The notes under the pieces: model-generated
The model's database searches: none
Told to the model about the DNA's origin: nothing
The model's input: the letters and a program-made list of their open reading frames with translations, nothing else
In this document: piece after piece, positions 41,988-57,887 of the stretch
Layout: each line of letters begins with the position of its first letter
How positions within the stretch are numbered: the first letter of the stretch is position 1
Made by a program: the position numbers and the translations under genes
Assembly (NCBI RefSeq): GCF_009914755.1
Contig: NC_060932.1
Reading direction: 5' to 3' (one strand)
Source: the human T2T-CHM13v2.0 reference genome, Homo sapiens
DNA: 64,000 nt

Positions 41988-42067
41988 TTAAGTTGGTGCA
42001 AAAATAATTGCAGTTTTTGCCATTGAAAGTAATGCCAAAGGCAGTAATAACTTTTGCACCAACATAA
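41988..42067. mobile_element. MADE1 (Hsmar1-derived 80-bp palindromic MITE)
   Basis: ttaagttggtgcaaaa...ttttgcaccaacataa, 80 bp, TA dinucleotide on both flanks. Confidence 0.9.
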
Positions 42068-42079
42068 TACCTTTTCTAA

Positions 42080-42443
<364 letters not shown>

Positions 42444-44199
42444 GGTTCACATTATATTTCTATTATAAGTCTGGTGCCCCAGGCCCCAGCCATCTCACTC
42501 CATCCTCCCCTACTCCTGGTCTGCTGAGGCACCCAAACCAACCTAACTTTCCTTCTTCTGTATGAGCATAAGATTTTGGTGTTCTTAGTTGGAGAATTAT
42601 TTAATAAATGAACCATCACACCATGATCATAATGGTTGACTATGCTTACTTTTGTCTCTCCACTTGTACTTTTGAACACCTACCATGTTTATGGATTGTA
42701 CTTGCTGTCAACGAGGCATACCAAGGAAGATAGGACAGCCCCTGCCATCCAGAAGCTAATAAGCTGGCAGGGTGTCCTCATTTAATTAGAGTAATCCGAA
42801 ACACTGACATATCCTCCCATAAAGGAATGAATCAAACAGGAATTCTAGGCACCATGGAGGAATTAGGAAAACTATTTGTATTATGGGTTATAAAGAAAGT
42901 TTCATGGAGCCCTTCAATTCATACCACGTGTGTCTACATGCTTCCAGCCCACTGCATTGTCAAGCAGTTGCAGGCTTTTGGTTTTTCGAGGGTTTTTGTC
43001 CCTGACAAGAATTACGAGGTATCTCTTTCTCTGGTGCAGACAGAGAAGAAAAGTAAATGACTTGAGCCAAGTTAGAGAAATAAAACAAAATGTCAAAATA
43101 TCTTCTATTCTGTCTCATCCATTTGAAGAGCCAGGTGTCTGGGAGCTGTGCCTTGATGGGTTCACCCTACAACATTTTCTTCCCATTTCTGCTCAAAGCA
43201 AAACCAATTAAACAAGAGCCCCACTCAGAGAGGAAATAAGTTCTGAGAGAATGGTTATTTTGTCTCTTTTCTCTTTTCATTGAGGAAGGTAATGGCGCCA
43301 GTTCAAGAAGCCAAGGATAATTTTGTTCATAAATTGTATACTTTGACCTCATGGTTTTTAGCACAAATTAAAGATGGGATCCAGTTTCAGTTCTCTTTCT
43401 TTTGAATTGGATTATTTTAAAAGAGGGATGTTTTCCCTGAAGTATTTAGTATTTGCAACCCAAACATTTTCTGCTCATGGCTGTCTACAGGGCTGCCTTT
43501 TAGATATAAATGTTCCTAATAGATCACAGTTTGAGGCTTAAAATGTCCATGTTTATCCCAACATGTTTATTTCCTTTCTCCTTCTGCAGACACTGTAGTC
43601 AATTTCTTTTCCAACCCTTTTTATCTCAAAGAAAACAAGCTTTATCATTTGGAAGTGTATCTCATGCCATAAAACCAGGTCAATATTAAGAGAAGAGTGT
43701 AATCACATAGATCAGTATCAGACACCAAATGCAGGATTTAGAGTGGAGAAAGATGAGATTGTAATGACCACAGTAATTAATTGCAAAGAATGGAGAAAAT
43801 AGAGCCCAAGCTTAACTGTGGAGATCTTATTTATTGGGACCTCAGTCCCTGTGCCCTGGGACTGAGATCCCTCCAGGCAGGAGAAAAAAAACACTCTACT
43901 CTGTCTACCTTCAGCTGCCATAGTTAAGTCTGAGTGCCAGGTTCTGGTTATAATCAATCACTGACTTATTTACCATGCTGTACAGACATTCCGGCCCTGA
44001 ATGCACCCACAGTTTACAAGGTTCATGATTTTCTTTGTGCCTATATGCCTCCCTCCCCTCACACCAGCACCATGCTTATCTCTTTCCTTGCTCATCCATG
44101 CCTGCCAACCTATATGTCCTCTCTTCTCCCTACTCAAGAAGAACCTCCTCTGAAACACCTTCTCCTTTTTACTTTCTCCTCCCTTTTGCCTCTAAAGTT

Positions 44200-45830
44200 T
44201 GTGTATTTCCAGAGGCAGGCTTCTCATCTCAGTCTCTAGTATGTACCCAATCGCAAGAGTTCAACAGCATCCCTGGACCCTTCGTCTCTCCTGATGAGGC
44301 CCCTTTGCAGCACTTGGTTTCAATCCTACTTATCTAACTCTTCCTGGAAACCCTCAATTTGTCCCTCAGGATTCCTAAACAATATGTTCAAGTTGAGTTT
44401 ATCATCCCCTTGTCTCCCGACCCATCATATGCTTACCAGCAGTGTCTCCCACTTCAAACCACCTCAACCTGCCCTTCCTTGTTAATTTTCTGTCTCAGTG
44501 AGAGAACTTCTGTCCCCCTAGATACCCAACCAGAAATTCTAGAGTTGGCTCTTCCACCTCCCTATGTCTTCCCTGTGATATTCAATAGGACTTCAAGTAC
44601 TGTGCATTCTGCCTCCTGAACATCTCCCAAACCTGCGTCCTCTGCATCCCCTTCACCACCACCCTTGTCTTTTCATATTGGGATTCTCCTACCTATGCTC
44701 TCTGTTTTCATCCCAGACCCCCTGATCTGTCCTCTCTATGGCCACCAGAGTCATCTCTAAAAAGTGCAAATCCAGGAGAAGCCTTTGATGACTCCAGATT
44801 ATTTTAGGATAAACTCTAAGCTTCTTCTAAGCACACAAGGTCCTGCATTTCTCTCAAACCCCACCTCTTGCTATAACCACAATGAAGTACTTGTGGTTCC
44901 CAAAGGTGCTCCTCTCTCTAGGCTCAGTGCCTTTATACCTGTCTTCCAGGAAGGTCCCTTATCCATATCTTTGTCTGGCTAAGTCTTACGTACTCTTCAA
45001 GCCTCAGCTCAGAACTTCCTTCAGGGAGACTTCTGTATCAGTTTGGATGTTTTCAGCTCAACTAACAAAATATCCAACTAGATATTTAATAGTATAATAA
45101 AGAGGTTTATCTCCCCAGTAAGATGTCTGCAGCAGCAGTTTCACAGCTGGTTAATTTAGCAGCTGGAGGATGTCTGAACTCTGGGCTGCCTTTTTTTTGT
45201 CTTGGCTTTCCCGGTACGGACTCAAAATACATGCCTTAACTCTAAACATCAGATCCACACAAAGCCATAGTCAAAACAAGAAAAGAAGTGAGGAATTCCC
45301 CTTAGACACCTCTCCTTTTTATCAGAGAGAAAAACTTTCCCAGCAGACTTTGCATCTGGTTTCCTTAAGATCTGGGTCTCCCGTTTACTGTATTCAGACG
45401 ACTGACAAAGGGAGAAGAGTTGTTGTGGCTTATCTGTGACTGCGGGAAGAAAGGTATCTTCTTTGAGTACACTCTGCCTCATATAGAATAAAATTAGTGT
45501 TCTCTTGGCAAAGACAGAGGCAGAGACAGTGACTGGGCGAGGCTACCAACAGTTTTGGCCATGGCTTCTTCACCCAGAGTCCCTTGCTCATGGCTCTCTT
45601 ACCAGAGTGAGTTAGATGCTTTTCAAGTACTCTGTTATTGTCTTTCCAAAGTACAGTTTAGTTGTTGATTTACTTATCTATTTCCTTACACTAACCTCCT
45701 CAAAGTTGGGGACTGTTTTATACATCACAATTCCTTGGAGGACCTAAGACTTGAGACCTAGCTAAGGCCTAAGGCCTAGTGCATAGCAGGTGCTCAATAA
45801 AAATAAATCCATAAAAAGCATTGATTGAAT
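44200..45830 (+). mobile_element. Degenerate L2 LINE, split by an MLT1 LTR
   Basis: Pyrimidine-rich L2 motifs (ggccaccagagtcatct, aggataaactctaagctt, tcttcaagcctcagctca) and terminus gcatagcaggtgctcaataaa. Confidence 0.55.
45033..45560 (-). mobile_element. Old MaLR LTR (MLT1-like)
   Basis: tgtatcagtttggatgttttcagct...aacaaaatatccaact...aaaattagtgttctct...ggctaccaacag. Confidence 0.55.
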
Positions 45831-47599
45831 GATTGTATCATTGAACTAATTAATTAGTAAATTGTCCAGGACACTTTCCACATAGTCTAGAATTGTAGTG
45901 CATTAATGCTAGTAATTTGACCCAATTGATATATGGCCAATTTGTGCTATTTGCTCCATGCAATTTCTATTGTCTTACTGTTTTTATGACTCAGCCCTGT
46001 GATTTGTTACCCACTGCAGCAGCAACCAAAGGACCATGTTCTTTTTTAAATAGAGTCAATGTTTTCTGGTCCTGCAAGCGGCCATCCTGGGGTTATTGAG
46101 ACATCTTTTTTTTCTCTTGGTCCATCAGTGCTCTGCCAAGCCAGCCTGGATCAACATCATCTACCATCCTCCCATCTTTAGGGTAGAACTTCAAAGGCAG
46201 GGTTTCTTTTCCTAGGTCAAGTTGACCTGTAACTTCCATCTTCCTCATACTAACTCTCAGTTTGTAGAACTGCATAAGCTCTGCAAAGTGGTCACAAGCT
46301 TCTCATCCAGTCAGTGCCTTAACAAATATTTATTGAGGGAATTAATGAATGGATCATTTGACTGACTTGTGTGTAATCTGCAAAAACAGGCATAAGCAGA
46401 CAAGAGTTCTCATTTAAAAGGTATGTGCCTCAGCTAAAACACCTTTTAAAATAACCAAACCAGCAGCTTTTATCAATGTTGGCATTCTTTCCTCAAATTA
46501 ATTATCTGCTTATATAACTGACCTTATTAAGGGCTGTTGCCACCTTCTTAAGTTATCTTTGGACACCAAAATCAAACCCAAAGGCAATTTATGATCTTGC
46601 CAGTTTCAAAGACTGCCATTTTGATGTGACCAGAATTCCCTATTGAATTCAGAAATCCAATGCAAATCTTTGTTGGAAAAGACGAATGTAAATTGAATCA
46701 ATAAATGAATAATAAATAAAACAGTCGATGATTAACTTAGTCATGAAAATAAAAATAGAAGTGTCAACTGAAGCACCCTCTGCTAATTTTCTATTATAAG
46801 ATAAACATTAGCTGGTTGATGAAAATTTGTTTTTGACATTTATACAGAAGATGGCTCCTTAGCAAACCAAAGCACTACAGAATACTGTCATGGCAATATC
46901 CCGTGTGACAATGAGGACTGTCCCATGGCAGAAATCATAGTCAGGTTCCTCGAGAATCCCCTCAGCACAGAAGAAACATCAAATAGAATGTTCTATTAGA
47001 AATTAAGGTCTGTGAAAACAAAGTCATAGAATCGTGCCCCAGACAGCCAGACAGGAATACCTCTTGATGCAGCTCCCCCAAGATGTAAACCAATCCATGA
47101 AACAAGGGAACAGAACTGCCTGCAAGCATTGCCCACCACTACGAACCAAAGGCCAATCTTGGCTCACCCAGTCATAAACTCCTAGAGGACAGAAACAGCT
47201 AGATGATGATATTATTTGTAAATAATAAGGCTTGAGCTGACTCTGAAATGCACGTTCATAAAATTGCTGAGTGAAGATGAGCTTTAGAACATAGTTAATC
47301 CAAATTCCTCTTCTAACTGAAGAAAAAACCAAGTTTTAACGAGGGAAAGGGACATGGCCAATCTCATGTGGCCCTCTCTGGGGAAGTTAAGACTGGACCC
47401 CTAGGCCCCTGACTCCTACCCAGGGCTCTTCCCACTTTATACCATAAAGTCCCTACCACATTGCCCTGCCTGCGGCTGGCTTTCAATACAACTTGATGAA
47501 TAAATCATGTCAATCTTCATTATGTATGAGCATGGTCAGATCCCGGTTATGTGGGACCTATAATTCAGGGGGAGGGCCTTCTTTAAGAAAAAGGATGCA

Positions 47600-47955
<356 letters not shown>

Positions 47956-48668
47956 TTAGAAATATAACAAAGTTGACTATTAAGTATCACAAAATCCAGA
48001 AACCTAATATTTCTATTGAATAACTGCTGATATGCTTCTACAATGCTTCCTTCTTTCAGTTCTTGGCTTCATACTATGATTTTCACTCTTCATATCAGAA
48101 AAACTGTATAATCTTTTCTGGAGAGAAAACAGTTCAGTCTTCTAGCAAAAAAAAAAGGTTGTTTTGTATTATTAATCGCACAGAAAAGTTACTTTCTACT
48201 TCACAATTTGTGATTATCTTACATAAATTTTTTGGGTGGTTATCAAATTTGGGGAAACTTGTATCTGGTTGCTTTTTTAATCAGCTGTAGGATTTCAGGG
48301 CATTTCTTGGCTAATTTTAAGAGTTTTTAGAATTCATGACACACATTCACTAGAGAAAATGTACTTTAAAAGTCCACTATATTATAATGTGCTACATAAT
48401 TTGTACAACAAATTACTCTTACGATACACAATGATTCAAAGATGAGTACGTGTAGGAGTTTTGTTCAGTAGAACATTTGTTTTTTCAGGCTGTTTCTTGC
48501 ATGCTGTTTCATCTCGAACCACCAGATTTCATCAGGACAAGATACATTAGATTCACAAAACTATAATGTGATATGCATGCAAAAATATGCAACTTTACAT
48601 TTTGAATGGAGTCACTGCTTAAAGTACTGTCACAGGTTGGTATCCTACAAATACAAGAATTCAGATAA

Positions 48669-49062
<394 letters not shown>

Positions 49063-49777
49063 TAAAGTATATTTCTAACAGAAGAGAACTTCATTTCGAC
49101 TAAGAGTTGATGCGCATCTAGTTTCCTAATTATAATTTTACACATCTGGTGATTAAAAGAAATTTTCACAGGTTAGTGCGAATACACTTCAAACCTTGTT
49201 TCTCCCCCGCTATTTTGGGACTAGGCACTGAAGGACACAAGCACACTATGGTCATACTGTGGTGTGGTCTCCAGCCTTGCAGTGTTGTGTCACTTCACCC
49301 AGTGAGTGAGCACAGTGAGTGAGAGAAGGATTTCAGAAAGTCATCTGCACCGGAGAGCCAGCAGTAATGGAACAATACATGCAAGTAACTGCAAACTATG
49401 TAAATATATCCCACTAAGTTAAATTAAATGTCTCTCCAGCTTTACATTACCTTGGCAGGATCCCAGAAAGTTCATAGTCATGTTAGTCACCTGACCCAAG
49501 AGAAAGACAGTGCTCTTAATTGATCATGGTTAAAATACCACTTTGCAAATTTTACAAAAATGTATCATCATGTGGACATAAAGCTGGAAACCCACCCATG
49601 TCCTTGGAATGGGCTTCCTCAGTGAGGGGCCCTGAAGCTTTTGCTTCATGAGGTTTGTGGTCATTCTTTTCCTATGTAATGGCCTTTCTATGACTGCTGC
49701 GCAAAGACAGGAAAACAATCAGCAGTATCATATTTAAATGTGAAGGACAAGGATTGAGCATATGGACTGCTGGAACA

Positions 49778-50241
49778 TGTATTCCTTTTGTAGGGCTGCC
49801 ATTACAAAGTACCATGAACTAACTGGCTTAAGGCAATGGCAACTGGTTGGCTCTTAGCTCTGGAGGCTAGAAGTCTGAAATCAAGGTGTTGGCAGAGCCA
49901 TGTTCTCTCCGAAGGCTCTAGGGAAGAATGCTTCCTTGCCTCTTCCACCTTCTGGTGGTTCCTAACAATCCCTGGCATTCCTTGTCTTGTAGATGCAATT
50001 CCTTGTCTCCAATCTTTGCCTCCATCATTACATGGTCCTGTCTGAGTGAGTCTGTGTCCCTTCTCCTCTTCCCATAAGGACACTAGTAATACTGGATTGG
50101 GGGCCCACTCTAATCCAATATGACCTCATCTTAACTAATTACATCTACAAAAACTCTATTTTCAAATAAGGTGACATTCTGAGATACTGGAGTTAGGACA
50201 TCAACATATCTTTTTTGAGTGACACAATTCATCTCATAACA
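49778..50241 (-). mobile_element. MaLR solo LTR (MLT1C-like)
   Basis: tgtattcc...agggctgccattacaaagtacca...ctggaggctagaagtctgaaatcaaggtgttggcag...gacacaattcatctcataaca. Confidence 0.85.
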
Positions 50242-50304
50242 GAAAGGAAATAATGCTGTCTTCACTATGTATTGGTTATCTGTATGATCCTAAGCAGCTC
50301 AAAT

Positions 50305-50772
50305 TTGTCATTCAACAAACATCAGTTAGCACTAAGTGTGTGCTGGGGATACTGAGAAGAGTATGATCAGGCAGCCACTCTTAGAGAGCTCCCAGTCTGG
50401 GAGAGAGATAAGGAAACTAGCAGTGCAATGCAGAGTGGTGGTTGCTAAACTGGAGGCATGTGCACACAGTGAGACAGGCCCACTAAGGACAGAGCCTGAG
50501 AGCATGAGGGTTTGAGGGGCTCTACAAAACGTGGCCTGTTTGAACAGAGTCTTTAAGAATGACTAGATGCTCACCAAATAGACAATGGAAGGCAGAAAAT
50601 TCCAAGTGGGAGTAATAATGCATGAAAAGGCTTGGATTAATGGAAAATTGTTCATTTGAGGAAATTTTGTGTTATTTTGTGCGACTGGAAGGAAAGTGTC
50701 CTTTGACATGGCAGATTAGGCCAGAAAAATAGGGGGACTCAGGTGATGAAGACACAGGAAAGTGTGTGGAGG

Positions 50773-50805
<33 letters not shown>

Positions 50806-51000
50806 TGTGTGTGTGTGAGACAGAGAGAGAGAGAGTGTGTGTGTGTGTGTATCCACATGTGAGCCAGGGGTAGAGCCAACCATGGTTAGAAGTCTGGTCT
50901 TTATCTAATAAGGGGGATGGGTACCAAAAGGAAAATAACTTGACTGGGTTTGCATTTCAGAAAGATTGCTGGGGCATCAGCGTGAAAGGTGGATGAGAAG
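50305..51000 (-). mobile_element. Degenerate L2 LINE, interrupted by the duplicated microsatellite block
   Basis: cattcaacaaacat...gtgctggggatac...tttgaacagagtctttaagaatga...gcatttcagaaagat. Confidence 0.6.
50750..50879 (+). repeat. Direct repeat copy 1: unique anchor + (GT)/(GA) microsatellite + unique anchor
   Basis: agacacaggaaagtgtgtggaggg...atccacatgtgagccaggggtagagccaa; anchors identical to 51620-51805. Confidence 0.95.
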
Positions 51001-51619
51001 GAAAAGGAGAGCAAAATGGTCTCTCTCTCTGACACCCTCGTTTGGCTAGGCAGGTTCACACAGGCTATCTTCTTTAACCTCTTCAACCACCCTTTCAGAT
51101 ACACTTGAAAGGTGTGGGAACTGGGGCACGCAGCAGAGGAAAATACCCACAGTTCATAATCAGCCAGCTATTGGCTACTCGGTCCATTGGCTCAAGGCAT
51201 GGCAGTAGTCCATGGAAGAGGCCATCGGAGCCTGACCTAAGGCAAGAAGCAGCGTGATAAGGAGGAGAAGATGGAGGCAAAGAATGCTCAGACTAAATTC
51301 CCATCCATGGAGGCATGGAGGGCAAGACAGATGGCCTCACTGGGCCTGTTTCTTCATCTGTCATGTGGGGAAAACAGGCCTTACTAATATTCCCACAGCC
51401 TCAGGTCGAGTGATGACCACTATAACAGAACACCTTGAGGAGATGAAACGCACAGGGTCACCTGAGCATTGCCACAGAGGAGAGCTTTGTTTTTGTCACT
51501 TTGGCCTCTTTTTCTGGAGTATTCACACTGTAATAAAGCTAAAATCATCCCAGGGATTATCCAGGGAAAAGGAAAATTTCAGGGAGGGAGAATAAGGGCA
51601 GGAATTGATCTAGTGCCTC

Positions 51620-51706
51620 AGACACAGGAAAGTGTGTGGAGGGTGTGTGTGTGTGTGAGAGAGAGAGTGTATATGTGTGTGTGAGAGTGTGAGAGAGTGT
51701 GTGTGT

Positions 51707-51778
<72 letters not shown>

Positions 51779-51805
51779 CCACATGTGAGCCAGGGGTAGA
51801 GCCAA
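51620..51805 (+). repeat. Direct repeat copy 2 with a longer (GT)/(GA) microsatellite
   Basis: Same 24-nt and 29-nt anchors as copy 1. Confidence 0.95.
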
Positions 51806-52329
51806 GGCTTCTTCTTTGTCTTTTTCTTGTGTTTTTATTTTCCCCTGCCTTTCTCTCTCTTTCTTTCCTTGTCTTTTCCTTGTCTTCATTTTCTTTTCCT
51901 CTCTTCTCTTTTCCTTTCTTGGATCTATTCCTTTCTGGGGTATCTCTAAAAGACCCCGAACCCCCTGCAAAAAACAAACACAATTATTCCATGAAATCTC
52001 TTATTTGGTTGAGATATTGCTCTTCAAATTTATCCCACCACCTTAAAAATAACTACAATGCTTGCTTTAACTTTGGTAGTCTTATCTCTGCCACTTTGAT
52101 GTCATTTAGCTTATATAAGGGCAAGATGGCAGAGGTGGTGTTTTGTTTTCTTTTGTTTTGTTTTGTTGTTAAATTCTTCCCTACTTCTATTTCCTAGCTC
52201 TCTCTATATTTGGAGTTTAAGTGTAGTGGTGGCTGATTTTGAGTTCCTTTTTAAATCTAATCCAGTATAAATATTAACCTGCTTAATATTTAGACATTTA
52301 TAGGCTCACTCAGCTTATGTTTGGTACTT

Positions 52330-52627
52330 ATTTTTTGTTTGTTTTGTTTTTATGGAGACAGAGTCTCTCTCTGCCACCTACATTGGAGTGCAGTGGTGTA
52401 ATCACAACTCACTGCAGCCTCAACCTCCTGGGCTCAAGCAATCCTCCCAACTCAGTCTCATGAGTAGCTGGGCCTACAGGTGTGCCCACTCATGCTTGGC
52501 TAATTTTTAAATTTTTTTATAGAGATGAAGTCTTGCTATGTTGCCCAGGCTGGTTTTGAACTCCTAGCCTTGAGACATCCTCCCACCTTAGCTTCCCAAA
52601 GTGCTGGGATTACAGGCGTGATCCCAC
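52330..52627 (-). mobile_element. AluJ
   Basis: ctcactgcagcctcaacctcctgggctcaagcaatcctccc...ccaaagtgctgggattacaggcgtg. Confidence 0.9.
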
Positions 52628-54040
52628 AGATCATGTTTGGTATTTTAAAGTAAAAACAAATGTGAGTTGGAGGACTAAAGAAATTGTTAGCATAAATTTA
52701 TCTTTATGAGATCATTTGTATTACTTGTGATTATCTTCCCAGACACCAGAGCTTGAGCATGAAAAGTCAGGCTCCCCAGGCCTCATAGGATAGAGAAGCC
52801 CTCAGGGAGTGCAGTGGGTCTTCCCCTGACCCCACCTCCAGAAATGCCATGCAGGTGAATTGCTTAACATATATACTATATTAATTTTATATTCTCATAG
52901 GCACATCATTGCATGCATCAGATTAACTCTATTAAAAGGCTTATTAAATTGTGATAATAAATTAACTTCACAAATCCTCAATCGTTTATATTTGTTGCTT
53001 ATTGATACGTTTACTCATACATGTTAAGGATTGAGGAACTTTATGTTCCACCCTACCTTTTCATTCATGCATGCATCCATCAGTCATTCTTCATTTTACA
53101 AATGTGTATTAAGAAACTACTATGTGCTATGCTATGAGGATAAAACCATACCATAAAATGATAAAACAAGTGAATTTAGTGAAAAATTCATTGAGATGTT
53201 TATGCCCTATATAAATGTGTTATGTATAACTGTGTTTTCTCTTTTATGCGCAAAGATGATCCCTACAGCCTGCCATCAGCAGGACTTGTACCTTAGCTAC
53301 TTTCTGGTCATGGCATGGGGTGCCCTAAACCATCCCTTCCATACCCCAGGCCCTGTGTGATCCTAGATATGTGCAATGCTTGTATTCTGAGACTCCATTC
53401 ACTCATACACTCCAGACCTGGGTCTCTACATACACGGGTGCTGAAGATTTTCAAATCATTTAAAAGTTAGGGATGTCTGCTTTTATCCTACAAAAAGTAC
53501 CTAAACTACCTTTCCTTTAACCACAATGGTCACATTGGTTGTGTGTGCTAAAACCATTGATTTTCCAAATATAGTGCCTGCATTTAGCAAAGAGAGTAAA
53601 TTCCCCTTAGTTGCCACAAAGCCAAACAATACTGGGAGAAGCCTGCCTATTGAGGTGGAGCTGATGCTGGGGCAGAGGGATGAGCTCTGGCCGCAAGTTC
53701 ATTGTGGCAGGCAGACTTTCGGCATGTGAGGGACTAAGCCCAGACAACAGGGGAGCCAGCATGCTGATGCATGACCAAAATACAGGGAAAGAGAGTGTAG
53801 GAACAGACAATACTCAGAAACACACGGGCAGGCAGCAGGGCCAAGCAAAGTCTGTCGGCAGACACAGAGACCAGGCTAAGCTGCTGGGGCAGGGGGCAGG
53901 CATCAGATGAGTGCAAAAGAAGCTTCCCTCAGGAAGACAGAAGAGGGCAATGATAGAGTTGACTCCAGAGGCAGACAGAGGTAGGTGTGAATCCTGATCC
54001 AGCTACTGTGTAACTATGGAGGAAACCACTGGTAGATTTC

Positions 54041-55478
<1,438 letters not shown>

Positions 55479-55519
55479 ACTGGCAGATTTCACACCTGAA
55501 TCCTCTTCTTCGTGAACAC

Positions 55520-55838
55520 ACATCCCTTGTTGTTAGTTGTGGCAACTAACTAGACATGACTGCATTTTAGCCAATGCATGGTGAGTGGAAGCAATTGGGA
55601 CTGGTCCTCCACTCAATTCTGCATGCTGCTGCACCATTGGGTTGACCTTGGAGTTGAGAGGTAAAACTATAAGATAGATGGGGCTTGGCCTCTGAATAAT
55701 CACTGCTTGGAGGAAAGCCCTGGCCACTCAGAAACATCTGCTCTGGATTTCAGGTGAACAATAAATGCATTTCTATTGTGTTGAAACTGAGATTTAGGGG
55801 GTTACTGTTACTGTAGCGACTATTACCTTAACTCATAC
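55520..55838 (+). mobile_element. Old MaLR LTR (MLT1-like)
   Basis: ...aataaatgcatttctattgtgttgaaactgagatttagggg...ttgttact-like...aactcataca terminus. Confidence 0.55.
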
Positions 55839-57422
55839 AATAACTTAGACAAATTACATAACCTTGCTAAAGCTCATCTGAAAATTTAGAGGAATATTAA
55901 TCAAATGATTTCCTATCACTCTTCAGCAACCTGGGATTCTCTTTCCTAGATAGTTTCCTGTTCCATGATATCGCTTCACAGAGGCTCTGCTTTTATATTG
56001 CTGATACTTGAGAAAGGAATTCCTTGGCCATTCTCTCTAAAACACTACTCTTCTCTTGCAGCATCCACCATCATTTTTCTTCTAAATTTATCTTCCCCTC
56101 AATTTTATTGACATATAATTGGAATACAGTAAAATGTACATATTCAAACCATGAATTTAATTAGTTTTTCCATGTGTGCATACCTTGCCCTGATTTAATT
56201 TTCTTCTTAGCATTTATTTCTACCGATTTATTTGTTTGTTTGTTTATAACCTGTCTTTTCCATTAGAATATGTTTCATTAGAATGTAAATACCATACCTT
56301 TTGGGCAGCATGGGTGACTTTATGTGGGAGCTATAGTCCTAGGCTGGCTCTCTTCATGGTTTTCCTACATCTAATTCATCCAAGAGCAAAAAAAGCCAAA
56401 TAGGTTCTCTCCTGCCTGCTAATCCTAGGCAGTTGGATACAGCTGCATGGAGCACCGAGTTGAGGGGAATTCTAAGATTGCATTTATCTGGGCTTAGCAG
56501 AAATGAGAATGGTGATCCATTAATGATGCCTACCTCGAGTAGGAAAGTAGGAAGTGTCACAGGCATATTTGCAATTATTTTCCTAGAAACTATTGTGGGG
56601 CTGACCCTGCTGGTGGGGGTCAAATCATCTCAGCTGTGGGAGGAAGTGAGCCACAGAGGCTGGGAAAAGGCAGGACCTGACAGTAACATTGCTGAAATGC
56701 CATTTACCGCCTGCACTGGCTGTGATTACGCAAAGGCTGGCAGTTGTGTGATTAAATACACTGAGATGAATAGTCTGAATGGGCTTTGGGCTCCTGGCTT
56801 TTTTCCTGATGATTTTCAATGGGTAATAATAACATGGTGATAACTTCCACATAGGAAGAGGACACAAGGGCACAAGAGGACTTTCATGCCCACCTTAACC
56901 AGGCTTGTGCTTACCCTGACAATGGTTGCATCTCACTAAATTGGTACTTATGCAAGCCCCCTTTTCATTCCAGCAGCATGATTTCTTTCCATGGGATGCC
57001 TTAAAGCAAAGCACCTAGAGCCTGATGAAGCCTCGTCTGACAGTAATTGAAGATACAGACTAAACCCTCAAGGTTTGAAGCTCGCCACATGTAATTCAGC
57101 CTTGTTCCAGCAAGCCATAAATCTGAGATGTCTCCTTTTATCATAAAGTGTCTCTTGCAAAATCATTTTCTGTTTGTCCAAGACCAAGCTTCAAGAGATC
57201 CACTTTACTGCAGCCAGATCTAAAGCCTGGATGCTGCCTAATATTCTCTAAAGCCTTGGAATTTGAATAGCTCAGAGGCTGAAACACAATATACATTAAG
57301 TGCTTAACTTCTTCAGGTATCCCCTCAAAAGCCACTGAATCTCGCTGCTGTGCAAGTCTCTCCTTAGTAGAAAGTCAGGAACCCAGTGGTCTTTCCTACC
57401 AGTCTTCAGAGTCACTTGTAAT

Positions 57423-57887
57423 TGTAAGGAACATGGCTGTGCTTTCGTCAAGGATAGGCCGAGGTAAACATCCAAAGTGACTCAGCGAGTTTAGAGTGCA
57501 GGCATATAACTCCACTTGTTATCACAGCCATGTAGCCATAACATGGGAAGGCTTATCATTTGGCTCTAAGCCACTATTGTCTGTAAAATATATAATTGCC
57601 CTGCTGACACTGTACAGGTGCGCTCATGCCCAGAGAGAGACAGAGTTAAGCTACTGACCCTGAAGGCGAGGGAGAGCTGGCCGTACAGCTGTGCATGGGA
57701 GTGGCTGGCTCAAGCAGCCAAGACAGAGCAGACAGTGTAAGACAGCTGCTGATAAGAGAGCTGCTGAATGAAGCTGTATTTCAGCTACCTACGGCCCCCC
57801 ATCGAGTGTTCTTTCAGCTATCTGCCATTCGTCCCCCCACTCCCTTCAGACCTCAGCATGGGCTGGAACCTGAACTTGAACCTAACA
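57423..57887 (+). mobile_element. ERVL solo LTR (LTR32/LTR18-related)
   Basis: TG...CA ends; tgtaaggaacatggctgtgct..gtcaaggataggccgagg...gtgactcagcgagttt...gccactattgtctgtaaaa; degenerate TSD gtaat/gcaac. Confidence 0.75.

Noticed and set aside
50750-51805. CRISPR-like array or LTR pair flanking an internal element
   Set aside because: Only two copies, microsatellite core, no TG...CA ends, PBS/PPT or TSD; eukaryotic context
51557-52197. 120-160 aa ORFs with HTHT/VCVC and Lys/Arg runs
   Set aside because: Artefacts of dinucleotide repeats and a CT-rich low-complexity tract
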